From: Azolla caroliniana
Lineage: Eukaryota; Plantae; Polypodiophyta
Direction: 5' to 3'
Assembly: GCA_043228905.1 (NCBI GenBank)
Contig: JBHGNT010000003.1
Span: 1,922,001 to 1,986,000 of the forward strand
DNA length: 64,000 nt
Shown here: positions 1 to 14,000 of the stretch, in pieces
Layout of the letters: the number at the start of each line of letters is the position of its first letter
How positions within the stretch are numbered: the stretch's first letter is position 1
Translations under genes and position numbers: made by a program
Notes under the pieces: model-generated
Database searches by the model: none
What the model saw: the letters and a program-made list of their open reading frames with translations, nothing else
Told to the model about the DNA's origin: nothing

Positions 1-1637
1 TGTTTTTTTGGAACATATGCCTTCTGTCAATGCATTTCTTTCCGGAAATGCAATGCTTTTTAGATGTACCTTGTTTCCGATGATTCATTTTTCCATTTTC
101 TTACAATTTCTCTCTTGTTTTCATTGGATCTGCTGTCACTTTATATCTAGCTGTTTATGTGCTTTGTATTTATGAGGATGTGTTTTCCATCTAGGCAAAT
201 GCAGAGTATATTTTCTGCGTGCTTTGCATTTTTGCACATATGTACCAAACTTCCACGGGAAAATTCTTGCATTTCTGCAATGTTTTTGCTGTCAGACTTT
301 AAAAGCAACATATTTTCAGATTCACTATGTATTTATATTGGTATTGTAACTTGGAGGTTCTCAAAGTCTCCATTAGAATGCTTTGCAGACATCTTTTCTT
401 GGCCGTTTTTTCAGCATTTGTCTTCATAGTGATACTGTCCTTTTTCTTCAGTATTTTTGTTCAGCATAAAAGCAGATTCGCAATTTCTTTGGCCTATATT
501 TTGACATGTACTTTTGTGATTTGAGCTCACCATTATGCTCTAAATTTCCATCAGAATGTTTAGGGTTTAAGATTTTGTCCTCAGCCTTTTCCTTCAGCAT
601 AATCACAGATTTCCTCTTTTTTGTGGTTTTCACATCAAGTTGGTCTTTGAAAATTGACTTCAGTAAGAGACTTACTATGTATGGATCATATATATTTCCC
701 TCAGGCTTATTCATTCAGCAAAATAGTAACCAGCTTTCTCTATCTTGGTATGTTCATATTGGTATGGCATTTGTGATGTGAGCTCTGTTGGAGGCTCATT
801 AAGACTGGGTGGTCCTGAAAATATCTACAACAAATTGTTTCCAAAGGTCGAGTATTGTGCTGCTAGCATGTATGCAGTTTCATAGGAAACGGAAATCGGT
901 TTATATATTGTAGCAGAAAATTGTTAAGCATGGGTCGTTGGACATGATTTAATCTACTAGAATTCTCTTCTAGGATGGAAAATGATATGTTGGTGGAACT
1001 TGTTCAGACCATGCTAGAAATATGCGTACATAATCCTGTTAACTTCATATAGTGAGCAAATATGAAACAGTTGGCGTACTGAACGTTCATGTAATGGCAC
1101 ATCTGTGAAGGTTCTAGAGATCTTGAAACATTCATTAATTGTAAGCATTCCTTAATCCCTGTTTGAGCAAGCAAGTATCACAACATGAGGATGTTAGCTG
1201 AAAAAATAAACAAGGAGTGAAACTGATTAAACTGGGAATGAAAACATGTTTCTAGGATTCCTGAATGAGTAGAAATACAATCTTTGAAGTTTGGCCATCT
1301 ATTCACATAGTAAAATTCTCTTTTGGACTTGAATGACTCTTGATCTGTTGGAATTATGAATACATGTCATGATGCCTGTATATTTTTGTGTAAAGTCTAT
1401 GTATTGGACAAGTAAATATAGATTTACTGTGGTTTCGTATGCTGGTCTTTTATCCTCTTCAGTACCATGCAAAAAATTCTTCAATGTTACAAGAAGGCAA
1501 TACCAGTTCAAAGCTCAAACTTATTGTTGGTTTGTTGGGAAGTAACCGACATATTGTAAGATACAGGAGTTTGATGTGGCCTAAGTAAAGTAAACTCATT
1601 GAAGATTTCCCTCTTTTTCTCATGTTTTATGAAGCAG

Positions 1638-2070
1638 GTATAGAGCCATTACAAGTGCCTATTATCGGGGAGCAATGGGAGCATTGTTGGTGTATGATAT
1701 AACAAGACATTTGACATTTGAGAATGTGGAGAGATGGCTCAAAGAGCTCAGAGATCACACAGATTCCAACATTGTGGTTATGCTTGTGGGTAACAAATCT
1801 GATCTTCGGCATCTAAGGGCTGTATCAGCGGAAGATAGCCAAGCGTTCGCAGAGAGAGAAGGTATTTACTTCATGGAAACATCTGCTTTGGAATCAACTA
1901 ATGTAGAAAATGCATTTAAACAAATACTCACACAAGTCTATAGAGTTGTGAGCAAGAAGGCCCTTGATATAGGTGATGATCCTACATCTGTTCCAAGTCA
2001 AGGTGAAACGATTAATGTTAGTAATGATGATGTGACTGCTACGAAGAAAGTTGGTTGTTGTGCGGCATAG
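1638..2070 (+). CDS. RABA1: Last exon of a RabA1/Rab11-family small GTPase (first exon lies upstream of the window)
   Basis: Acceptor ...gaagcag| at 1637, then [23 protein letters not shown]4 motif GNKSDL, G5 ETSAL and C-terminal GCCAA prenylation motif with stop TAG. The tail [23 protein letters not shown] resembles plant RabA1. Confidence 0.93.
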
Positions 2071-3139
2071 CTCAACGTCAGTAACATGAGACACTTCATT
2101 TTAGTTTTGAGCAGATCAAAACACAAATATAGGATGATTTTTTGTTTTTTTTCCTTGACTCTGTTGTATTTTGTGACTACAACCCATCTTCAATTCATTG
2201 GCTACGTTTTTAATTGAGCCATATGTATGCATTAATATTTGATTTACCATTATTTTCGGTTATTCTTCACTGTGGGACAGAGACACATGAGCCTAATACT
2301 TTCCTTTTCACTTTAAAGAATCATTGTTGAAGTACCGCTGGCAAGAAGCTTTGTGCTCATTTTTCCATTCATCTTTTTTCAAATTAAAGAAACTAAATTT
2401 GTCATGTTAGAACATTTCCCAAGATTAGGGAACAACAGCTACCTTTCCACTCGGAAGTGTCAATATTGGGTTATTGCAAGAAGCCTTGCGTCCACATCTT
2501 TATTTCATGAGCAAGGTGCATCTTCTTTTTTTGCCATAAAGTAACAATAGTGACATTGACCTACAGATGCTTTGCTCTTCTCTTCCTGCAATCTTTTTAT
2601 TTAGAAATCTCTCTCAATTAATCAATATTATGTTTGAGGTTAACAGCTTAATCCTTTTCAAGATGAAAGTGGCTATTTGGCTAGCTCAAAAGGTAGTAGT
2701 GATTTGGTTCAATTGATTTAAAATCATGTCCTTTTCAAGAAAAAGTGGCGAAGTTAAAAGCTAGTTTAACGTTTGTAGTCCTATGATTTAAAAAGGTTCA
2801 TGTTATATTGAGGGAGCTATTGTCCATCTGAAAGGTTTGAGAGGTTTCCGTAAATTGCATTTGGTACGCTTGCTCTTTTGCTCCTTTTCCAGATTGGTTC
2901 TTTTCAAAATTAAACTAAAATTTAAGTCTATGTATTGAGAATTTTGAACTGTATGGTATGATGGAAAATGTGTGAGAGAGGTATAATTGGTACTGGATAG
3001 GAAGGGTGAATGTCTGGTAACCAACATTGGCTGGGCAATAACAGTGGTGTGGTGAGATAGAAAAGAGTAAGCATTAAGTTTTATAATTCAGAATAGTTTC
3101 TTAGATACATTACATTCCCAGCACATAATTCATTGCCAT

Positions 3140-4620
3140 CATGTGCCACATTTTTGGATATCATAATTTGCAATTCTTATGGATATGTTGCGTAAGCTTG
3201 CATGGTTTACTCCAAGATATCACACATTTTCCCAAAATCTCCAAAGGAACACAGGACCCTATGTTATTACATCAATTGGTTATTCCCATATGTATTTGTG
3301 CAATGATATTATATCCTCTTGGAGTGCATTTCTTCCTAACAGGAATAATTTTTAGTTATGACAACCCAAATTTTGAAAAATGGCATTGTTTACTTTATAG
3401 TACATTTTTACAGCACATCATTGTTTGCCATGTGCTAGGATATCCACTTTTCAGAAGTTCTAGAAGACAAATAGTGCAAGGTGTGGTTTGAGTTGTGAAT
3501 CAATAAGTTTTAAGAAAACCACATGAACAACCTCTCATACAACATTTCGTGTCATAAATCAATAGTGTGGAGAGAGAGATGAACTGCTATATATAAACAT
3601 CTTTAGAATGCCTTCTAGAACAAAAGATACACTGCAAGTTTTTTTTGTAAATGCTAAAAAACACAAGAATGCTAGGTCTAGTGGTGCATCTATGAGACAA
3701 ATGAATATATCAATATAGCCAGGCATATTATAAATCCATCCTCAGTGATATGGAGAAGATTGTCGTTGTAGAAGTCTGAAATCATTGTACTGACCTCCTA
3801 CATACGTTTAATCCATGCCATCCTAGTCTCTAGCTGTGTGAGACATTGCTAGATGTGTTTGATAATTTATGGTGAGTTTGCGTGAAGATAGTTTGTCTAT
3901 ACTGATAAATAGGGAATGCCATGAAGGCATTTGATGGACATGCACCAAATGAATATAATCCAATGGTGTCATTATGACTGCATGCAAATCCTTGGGTTAT
4001 AATTAATGTTCTATGTGATGTCTTGTATTGCTCCTCTCACACCACAATAGAAAATCCATTGTTTGGTAGAGGTACAGACCTTCAGAAATTTGGAAGTATT
4101 GTTTTTTAAGTTGTGGGAGGGTGGTTCCATTGTTATCTTAAAGTTTGGTACTTTTAGAATTTCACTTGGAAGATGTTCCATCACTAAATTTCAAACACGT
4201 GACTAATTCATCTTTTCCTTCGTTGCTTATACCAACATTCAATGAGTGCCTTTTCAAACATATCTACATTTTACTTCCTTGATATTCAACATGATTCTAG
4301 AGTGAGATGTTGCAACAAACCAAGTAGGGTCCTAGACAATAGGTTGATAGCTAGAAAAACTAGAAAAATGGTAGAGACTTACCAATTATTCATTGGGATG
4401 AGATGATTCTTAACCCATCCACTCCAAGAAACTCCCCCACACAAAAGATACTTCAGGGACAATATCACTCTGAAATGAGAGATCACAATGAACATAGGGG
4501 AACCAAACCGATGATCTTTTAAAGACTCTTTTGCCTTTGATCATCTGGACCATTTGCACTGAAGTTTACATACATGGGTGAGGTGGTGGAGAGAGTTCTG
4601 ATATGTTTACTTAGCAGTCA
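3140..4620 (+). pseudogene. Possible highly decayed PLS-class PPR gene remnant
   Basis: Scattered PPR-like peptides in shifting frames (LLDVFDNL ~3847-3870; MHQMNII / NGVIMTACKSLG ~3940-3997) with many stops. Boundaries approximate. Confidence 0.3.
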
Positions 4621-4800
4621 TTTCTCTTGGGGCCAGCTTCAAGACGGAGGCATTGAAATTAGAGTTTCCTTTAGGATCTTTGGAACGATATGATATGTTT
4701 GTTATAATAGTGATTGTTATATACTAGAGAATAGTGGTTAAAGTTTTAGTCTTTATTTTTATTGAGTAAAAATGTTAGAAACGAGAGAGCCAGTTATCTT

Positions 4801-6378
4801 TTAGATAGGGATTCCATTAACTATGCGTAGGACTCTTTGTATGAGCTCCTCTTTTCTTCCACTAACTTTGGTTTTGTTAGCACTGAGGAAACATTTCAGC
4901 TCAGGTACAGTCAGATCATTAAGTTTCCCCTCGCTGCATTTGCTGAAGATCTATAATTATATGCAACATGAATAAATAAGACTTGAGAATGAAGTTAAGC
5001 TCAAAATGGATGAGCAAAGAAGACTAAGACTTAGAATACAATTAAGCTTAAAACGAATTGCAAAATGAGACAAAAAATGGAAGTTAAGCTTCAAATAATG
5101 GCTGAGAATGAAAATAAGCTCTAAAAAATGAATGAGAAGTAAGATTTAAGAACGTAGCGAAGAATGGACAATAATATCTTCCGCTTGATAGCCTCTATAC
5201 GCGAATAGGAATAAGAACGAAACTAAACTTAGGAGAATGCTCCTATGATATACCTTCTGTTTGATCCCCTGTATATTTAAGTCTGCAGTGGATTTCTTCT
5301 CAATCTGTTTTGCTGGTTTCTTCTCTTTTGGATTTTCTGGTAATTTTCCCACACTGATATATTCTTTAATTGGTGTGAAATGAACATTTTCTTGTGGGCA
5401 AACAATCATTGAAGCAATATTCTCTTGTGGAGAAACTATCATAGCATCCATATTTGCTTGTGGAGAAACAATTATAGAAGCAATATTTGCTGGTGGAGAA
5501 ACCATCATAGCAGCATTTCCATTGGATGAAACAGCAATCTGAATGTCTTCCAAGCTTTTGGAAACCTTATTCTTCTTGTGTTGCTGAGCACTAGATTGTT
5601 TTTCTTGGGAGTCACACTTGAATACCTTGATAGGGGCATACAGTCAATGTTAATAGAGAAGCCGTAGCATAATATACTGGGGAAAACAAACAACAAATCT
5701 GGATCAATACCAAACAAAAAGATGTAATAAATAAAAACAAAGATAAACCATACTGTCAAGAGCTTACATTATGTATTCATAGATACAATGAACCGAAACA
5801 ACTGAAATGTAAGCAAAATGAAGTACATAAATATACAGAACCAAAACAAATGGAAACAAACACAAAGAATTAAATATAGTAAACCATACAGAACACTTTT
5901 ATGCTATACAAACAAATTCCCTTAAACTACAACCATTTGTAGCAACAAAATGGAAGCAAAACCATAAGAGCATACGTAACATACGACGAAATTGTGAAGC
6001 AAAACAAATGTAAATATTTTCTTAACAGGTTAGCGAAATACAGAAAGAAAAATGACAAAAAGGATTAGATACAATACACAGTCTAGATGCAATTGCAAAA
6101 CAGTTGAACAAAACATGTACTTGCGGTTTCCTTTACCTTCTTTCTAGAGACAACATTTTCTCTTGAACCATTACCAGATGATGTCTTTCCTACATTAGGT
6201 TTTAGTTTTGATCCTGCTGGTGGGTGTGCCTTTATTGATTTAGATACATATTTTTTCTCATTGCGAGATGGAAAGCAAACATTAATCATCTGTGACAAAG
6301 AATCTCTCTCTCTCTCTCAGCTTTTCTCTCCTTGTCAATCATCTCTCTCTCTCTCTCTCAGCTTTTCTCTCCTTGTCA

Positions 6379-6409
<31 letters not shown>

Positions 6410-8021
6410 ACAGAAAGGTCAATCTGCTGTTGAAAAATGCATCTCTACAATAGAATACACTGTAAAGAACGAAATGCAATCATGGGCAAGTGTAGCAAAA
6501 GATGTCAAAACCCAACCTGGGCATGCTCAGAAAAAATAAAATGGAAATGCTCCCTCAATTGAGGTGGTCAAAAAGCATAAGGAGAACACTCATACATAAG
6601 CTAGAAATGATGAATAGAACATTCTAGGAAGAAGGTGAAAAGGACGAATATGTGTGCAAGATGTTAGATGGGTTGAAAAAGAAAGCCCCAAAACAAAATG
6701 CTAGGAATCTCATAAAAAGGATTGGAAAATCAGATATACTCCAATTGCTTCAAAAAAGAAAGTACAAAAAAAGCTTTCCTATCAAAGAGAAGGACACTTA
6801 GGGGCGACAAATATATTTAGATCATAGATGTTAAAAAACGTTTATTCTATGTTTTAGAATACTTTGCAGTATTATTCACATATTCTATGTTTTAGAACTG
6901 CCATTTTATAAATCCACGTACGTACTCTAGGTATTTAACAAGTATTTAACGTAATTAATTTTTTTTAACCTCTCAAATTTACTAAGTATTTAATGCAGTT
7001 TACACTTACTCTATGTATAGATAAAGTATCGCCTACCCTTCTTGTTGATGACTCCCTTCCATCACACCCTTGACCACCTCCCATACCCTGCCACTCCCTC
7101 CCAAGCTATCCACCCCCTTCCCCCTCCTATAGACCTCACTTTCTCCCTCCACTTCACCTCAACGAACGAGGACCTGGCACAGTGCACCCAGCAGTGTGCA
7201 CTCATTAGGTTGGGTGATAAAGTACCGACCATACGTAGCACCACCCATGAAGAACAATAAGGATTAAATGCAAAACCAAGAAACGGGGGAATATAACAAA
7301 GTTTGCCCTAGAGTTTTAGGCCTAATGGCCACCTCAATGTGAAAGGGGACAATCTCTTTGTAAAGGAGCTATACAAGTCACTTTTATAACTTTTTTCTTC
7401 TTGAACTTTTAGTCTAGAGCCTCCTCTGAATCCAACTGGAACTCTCTTTATCTCTTCCCTTCATACTATCTATCAATCAAGTGATTAGGGTTAAATGCTA
7501 CTTAGCCAATCACTAATCACTTATTCTATTGTATAAATTGTGGGTATCTAAATTAATAGAGGTGGGTTACTATTTATACTTTTAATCTCTTTGTTTGTGT
7601 TTAGTAACGTTCATATCTAACGAAGGCACATTCAGGTATCAACTAACTTCATAATGAGATTAACCCTTCTAAGAGAGGGAGGTGAGTGAATTTAGTGGCT
7701 CGAGAGTGCTTGAACCATTCTCACCAAATCACCATCAATATAGCATGTGGCATTTTGGAGAGACAACTTTGGCAGTATAAAGACATATATCCTATTGATG
7801 GCCAATCAGGCGAGAGTTGTAGTCAAACACTCTCGAGCCACTAAATTTGCTAATCTTGATCCTCCGAACTCTCACTCACCTCTCTTAGAAGCGTTAATTT
7901 CACTAAGAAGCTTGCTAATACCGCAATGTGCTTTAGCTCTCAACACATATGCTAGTAAACATAAGCAAAGAGATTAAATATTAAACGCAGACAACACATA
8001 AAAATGGGAGTTGTGTGTGTG

Positions 8022-8085
<64 letters not shown>

Positions 8086-11000
8086 ACCTTGGATTACAAG
8101 GGGCTCGGAATCCGCAAAGCTAAAAATGGCACAAGAGTGTGTTTTATAGCTCTTTTACATAGAGATTCTCCCCTTTCACATTTATAGCTAGAGTTCTAGA
8201 GCTAACTTTGTCATTCACCCCTTTCTTGGTCATATTTCTTAGTATTTAGTACTGATGTCGATGTCGATGCCTTCATGGGCTCGGTAGATACATACATACT
8301 TAACATCCCCCATAACCTAATGAGTGTGTACTATCGCGCACAACGTGTTAGGTCCTAGTTCGTGGAGGTAAAGGAGTGGGAAAGGGGAGGCTAAAGTCGT
8401 TGGGTGTGGGGAAGGAGTGGGTGTGAGTGTGAGTGTATGGAGGGTGGCTAAGGGCGTGAGGGGAGGGGTCATCAACAAGAAAGGTAGGGTAGGAAGGGTA
8501 AAGTCTGTGGAAGAAATGTCCGTGGTATTTATCTATGAAGGTCTTCATCACCCGGAGCATCCTGGCTATTTTGGGTTTATGCCAAAGAAAGGCTATGGCG
8601 GGCACCAAGAGAGGGGGGATGAAAACAACATTCATACACATCTGTGAGGGATGGCTCAGGAAACACTGCCTAAACAGAATATTGTGCTAGGATCATCGAT
8701 GAAAGGTAACCCCTGGGCACCAGGCAGTTCAATGAGGGTATAGCCATACAATTATTACTATATGTTGATGATATTGTGCTGATTTCTGACACTCCAAAGG
8801 GACTACAAAACCATCTAAACGACTTAAAAGTATTTTGTATGAAAAAGGTTTGTCAATAAACGTGGATAAAACTAAAGTGATGGTGTTTTAACACTTCTCA
8901 AGCATGAGAATCTTCTTGGGAGAGGAAAAGGCAGCATACACATGCTCCTACACATACCTTGGAGTAACATTCACAGGGTTTAGGTTCTCCTTACAGGAGG
9001 CTGCTTATGCCTGACTTTCTCGAATAGGCAGCTGCGAACTTCGTCACACTGGTTAGAGATTGGGGTAGGTAGATATGTATGTACAAATACATCTAGAAGA
9101 AAGATTCTGCCAATTGTGTCATCAGCGAGAGGAATCTTTAGAACATTATGTTTGTCACTCTAGTGTTTTTTATGAAATAAGAGGGTGATACTATTGCCTC
9201 TTTCAACAAGGGTTTGGTTCACTATGGAAAGTAATGGAATATGAGGACCAATGGTGCTTGGACTTTCCTTGCTAGAACTAATGAGACAAGGAAAAGTTGT
9301 TGACACAGGGACAACAGAACAGCCACACAACCTCATCAACAAAGAACAATTGCGACTTTCTTTAGCCCCATCACACCTACTGATGCTACAAGTAAATCAA
9401 AAGCTAGACAAATGGGATCCTGACCAAGACATAACAAAGGGGTTACAATAGATTGGGCAATAGCAATTTGTCATGCATGTAGGTCCCAACCCCATGGACC
9501 ATGATCTCACCACCCTTGTCATTGCCAAATAAAGGCCATTATCTCCCACCATTGCAGGTGCTTCCCTCATTTTGGAGATCTCTCTGTTTTGGGTCGACCT
9601 ATGCTAGAGATATTTTGAAGAAAAAAATTGCAATATATCTGACTTGAGAATCTTACATGTACCAATAACAAGATTCTTTAGTCTCTTTTGATCTTATTTA
9701 CTGTTTTTACTTAGTAACATTTATTTGTTTTGATTTGTTGTTCTCAAAGACAAGACAACACTTCAGATGTAATCTCTTGTTTGGTTTTATAGGCCATTTC
9801 GGCCTCCTAAAATACATTAATATATCTTTCTTTCTTTCTTCTTTCTTGTGCATCTTTTACACCATTACGACAGAAAATTACTATTGTTTCTCCTTAATAA
9901 TCACTGACCTTTTTCTTCCCTAGAAGCTCAGATGCTTCTAGATTGCTACTAACAGAAGTTGTATAGTATTGCAGTTCTTCATGCTTTTTGAGCAACTTGG
10001 TCCCTAAATTCTCCCTATTGGGCTGTAAAACCATTTTCAAGAATATAGTAAGAACAATCTGACAACTATAATGTTTCCTTACAAGTCAGGTCATTTTGAT
10101 ATACCCAATTTCCTTGTATTAAACTCGTGAACCCACCTCTTTATGATATTCTGTGATAACACCATTTCCTACACATGAGGTTTTAAAAATCTAAGTTATA
10201 ACAAATATAAAGTCAAAGGCAACAACCTAATGATTTCAAGGAAATACCACTGTTTTTCTTCTTTTGGAAGATGGGGATTCTCAAATTGTATGGCAAATTT
10301 TCTTTCTCTACTAAATTCTCTGCAGAATAATAGATCATAATATCATGCTGATCCATAACACAGATGATAGAATGGAACTCAAGAACCGGTTTCACAAAAA
10401 ATGGAAATGGTCTCATCTTATATATGGTGGTTGAATTTTACACTTCCTGGTCACAATCATGTAAGAATCTAATAATAAAAACTACTTCTGGTCTTAAACT
10501 ATAACTTCATGCATGAAACTGTGCCTGGTCAATCAGTAAAGAAAACTCTCCTGTATCACACAACAAACAAAAATGATGGCAATACAATAAAGACACTACC
10601 CCACTTTTACATGCAAGAGAGAACAAATTTAAGTGGTGCAAAGCTTATATAAGCATATATCATAGAAGTCAAGAATATGCCCGATCACAAGTGATGCTAT
10701 AAAGTATGTGATCATCGAGGATAGATTACTAGAGTTGTTAATGATGAAGAGACAAAATGCTCAAATGTCAAAATTGGAATATTACGTTGCCTCGGCTTAA
10801 CCTTCAATGTTAGCCCCAATACAAGGTAAAAATGCCAAAAATGTATCCAACCACATCACACTATCCGTCTATACGTTGGTTTTCAGAGAGCCTTAACACT
10901 TTTGGCATCATCACCTAAGTATGAAGACATGCACGGGATGCAATGAAATGCAAGCGGAGGATGAATATCACTTACTTCTGGTATGCTCAGCATATAAGGT

Positions 11001-14000
11001 GATTCATGAGAAGTATGATGACTTTTAGACAAGCATGATAATTTTAGTGTCATACTCAAACCTCCATCGAGAAGGGTAAAAAATCTATTGTGTTCTATGT
11101 GAGACAGTCCAAGAGTGGTATACATATAGTGCGACTACATTTTCATTTTAAGTTTATTCAAATGGGCATAAATTTACAGCGTAGCTTCACCAAGAAGTGG
11201 AGTTATTTTATTGTTCCTGATAAGCATACCTGGGATAGAAGATTCAATGATTTCATTAGCTATATCTGTATGAAAGGACATTGGTTTTTGTCGTCGAATA
11301 CCTACATAGATGAATATCTGGATTAACTGCCTTCTCATTTGACCGCTGTTCTAGAAATGCTTCTCATAAAAATCATTACTTTGTAGGAATGCTGCCTCCA
11401 AGTTGTGCACAGATGATCGAATATCAAACCTTTCCTTGTCCTCTTTCAGCAGAGAATCTTGAACTGGTATTGATTTTGCAGTTGTCCAATTTGAGCTTGC
11501 TGATTTCTTGTCTGTTTGATATGAGTATAAGAGGTCAATACAATCCCTATCAACAAGAGAACAATTTAAGATGAGAAAATAAATATGTTTTGGGCACCTG
11601 CAACAATTGCATTTATTATATGTAACGTCCCAATACTGAAGAAATTCCATCCTGTCCCACAATGCCATTTACCACTTGAGGAGATGCTTTGAATTTTTTC
11701 TTGAAAATGTGTTTCGATTCATATCTGAGATTAAAAATTCTTGAAAATGGTATCCATTGAGATCTAGGGTCAACATATGCCTCTTGAAATAACATCATAT
11801 TGAAGATCAAAATGTTCCTCTTAAAAATGGCACCATTTATATCCAAGATTAGCATATTTTCCTTGCAAATGAAATCCATACATATCAAAGCTCAACATAC
11901 TTGAGATAGATAATATAATCTTCTCTAAGGCTGAGAAAACCTTGCTTTTCCTAACAGAAAGAGGTGTAACAATGAGACCAGGTCTTTGAAGTACAAGATA
12001 CGAAGGAAACCTGGAAATTCAGTACATATTGATTCTTAGCTTGAAAGTAGTTGATAGAGAATCAGATAAATTTGATACATCAATCCGTACCAAACTCTTA
12101 TAATGTCTTCTTCGCATGAAAAGGAGACTTGAATGTAAAATCCCTCTCTTGGGATTATAGGCCCAAACTAAGATCAAACAATGAGAAAATAGAAAAACCT
12201 TGAGATGATCAAAACAAATTTGAGCTGATCTTAATGTCATGTTTCACAAAGTAGCCAACTGGAGTATATCATCTTTAATATCCTGCAATAGGATAGTTTT
12301 ACTTGCCTTTCCTGCAAAAATTTCTTCTAGTTTTTTCACATCCACGTCTTCTGGTGCTGATTTGCTACAGCCTATAGAGTATTTTCACAAATGACTCCAC
12401 TGTATATACATTTTTCTCACATGATATGGAATGTAAGACCAATATTGCAAATAAAGACAGTTTTCACTGGTTACCAGATACAAATCCTTCTCTCATTGAA
12501 GGAAAAACAATGCATTTCACTTTCTGCATATCATCTGGGGCCATATTCTCCAGCCACTTATCAAGTATTACTTTGCTGCCATCTCTGAATGCTTTCTTTA
12601 AAGGCTCAGATAGAAGCTCTACAATCTGCCAAGAATATAGACCAGAATTTCTTCTGACATATGTTTCTCTTACTAGAATGTGTTTTCAGATGTCTAAAGT
12701 CTCACCTTGAATGGACGAAATCTGATGACATCAGGTGAAAGGAAGAAATTGATGTGGTTACTTGTATCAGTCTGAATATTCTGTCAGAAGAAATCAGCAG
12801 TGACAAAGTTAATAACTCAACTTTTGCAGTAGATTACCTAACTCCTGGTCTGCTAGCAGAAAGAAAGAAAGAGAAGAGGGAATCAGCAACAGTAATCTTG
12901 CAGAAAATTAGCTTAGTGGTCTACCAGAAGGAAGTAACAAATTGCATTCCCAAAATTCTATTTGAAAGAAACGTACAAATCCTACAATTTCTGTTGGTTC
13001 ACTATTGAGCCACTGTTAGATCTGATCTAAGATATTTATAACGATTTCAACTTGAAAGGAACTTACGAATTCTACTACTTCTGTTGGTTCACTATTGAAC
13101 CACTGTGTTAGATCTGATCCACTCCACACAGCCAAGTTACCTTCACAGACAATCCATCCATCTCTAACAAGTGCTTCTCTAAGACCACAAGTAAAAGCTT
13201 TTTGCATCGCAATCCCTGCGCTGAATATTCCCCCTTCCTTGCAAAAGATGGATCATGGTTTAGGAATGCTTATTCATATACAATTAACAAATCCTTATAG
13301 ATCGATCAAGCTTCATATTCATCTCATTATGCAAAAGATTTTTGAAAATGTTTAGAGTAAGGAATTTTCGTCAAAATACAAGTAATTCAAAAAGGATCAA
13401 TCAACCTTCAAATAACTTTTCTGATTATGCAATATATTTAAGGATTTCGGATTCTGATATTCAACATGCAAGCAATTCATAATGCATCATCAATCAGGCT
13501 TGATATACTTCATCAGCTTATATATAAGATTTTACAAGGAATGTTTCCCACTATATGCAAGTATTTCATCAAGGATTTGTCAACCTTCATATTATTTTCA
13601 CTATGTACAATCAATTAATCATACATTAAGAATTATTCATGCTGCATAATTCCTTTAAATACAAGACATGTAGATATAATCATCAAACTATCAGTAGTTG
13701 ATTAAGGACACTCTAAGCTTCACAATTCACCTAAATGCAAAATGTTTGGGGAAATTCATTAAATATATGGAGGTATATCATTTAGGATCAATCAAGCTTA
13801 ATATCATTTACTTATGCAAAGGACTTACGGAATTCTTTTTTACCATAATGGTTCATTGAAGCTTCATATCCATCTATTACATGCAAAATAGTTGACAAGC
13901 TGTTTTCCAGACATAATACTTGTAACCAATCAAGCATCAACATGCATGTTTTTAATGAAACGTCCCTACATCTAATTTAATCCTAGCATTGATTATGGTT

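Noticed and set aside
4801-4950. Ku70 gene
   Set aside because: The SAP exon resembles the Ku70 C-terminus, but upstream exons show no vWA or Ku core motifs.
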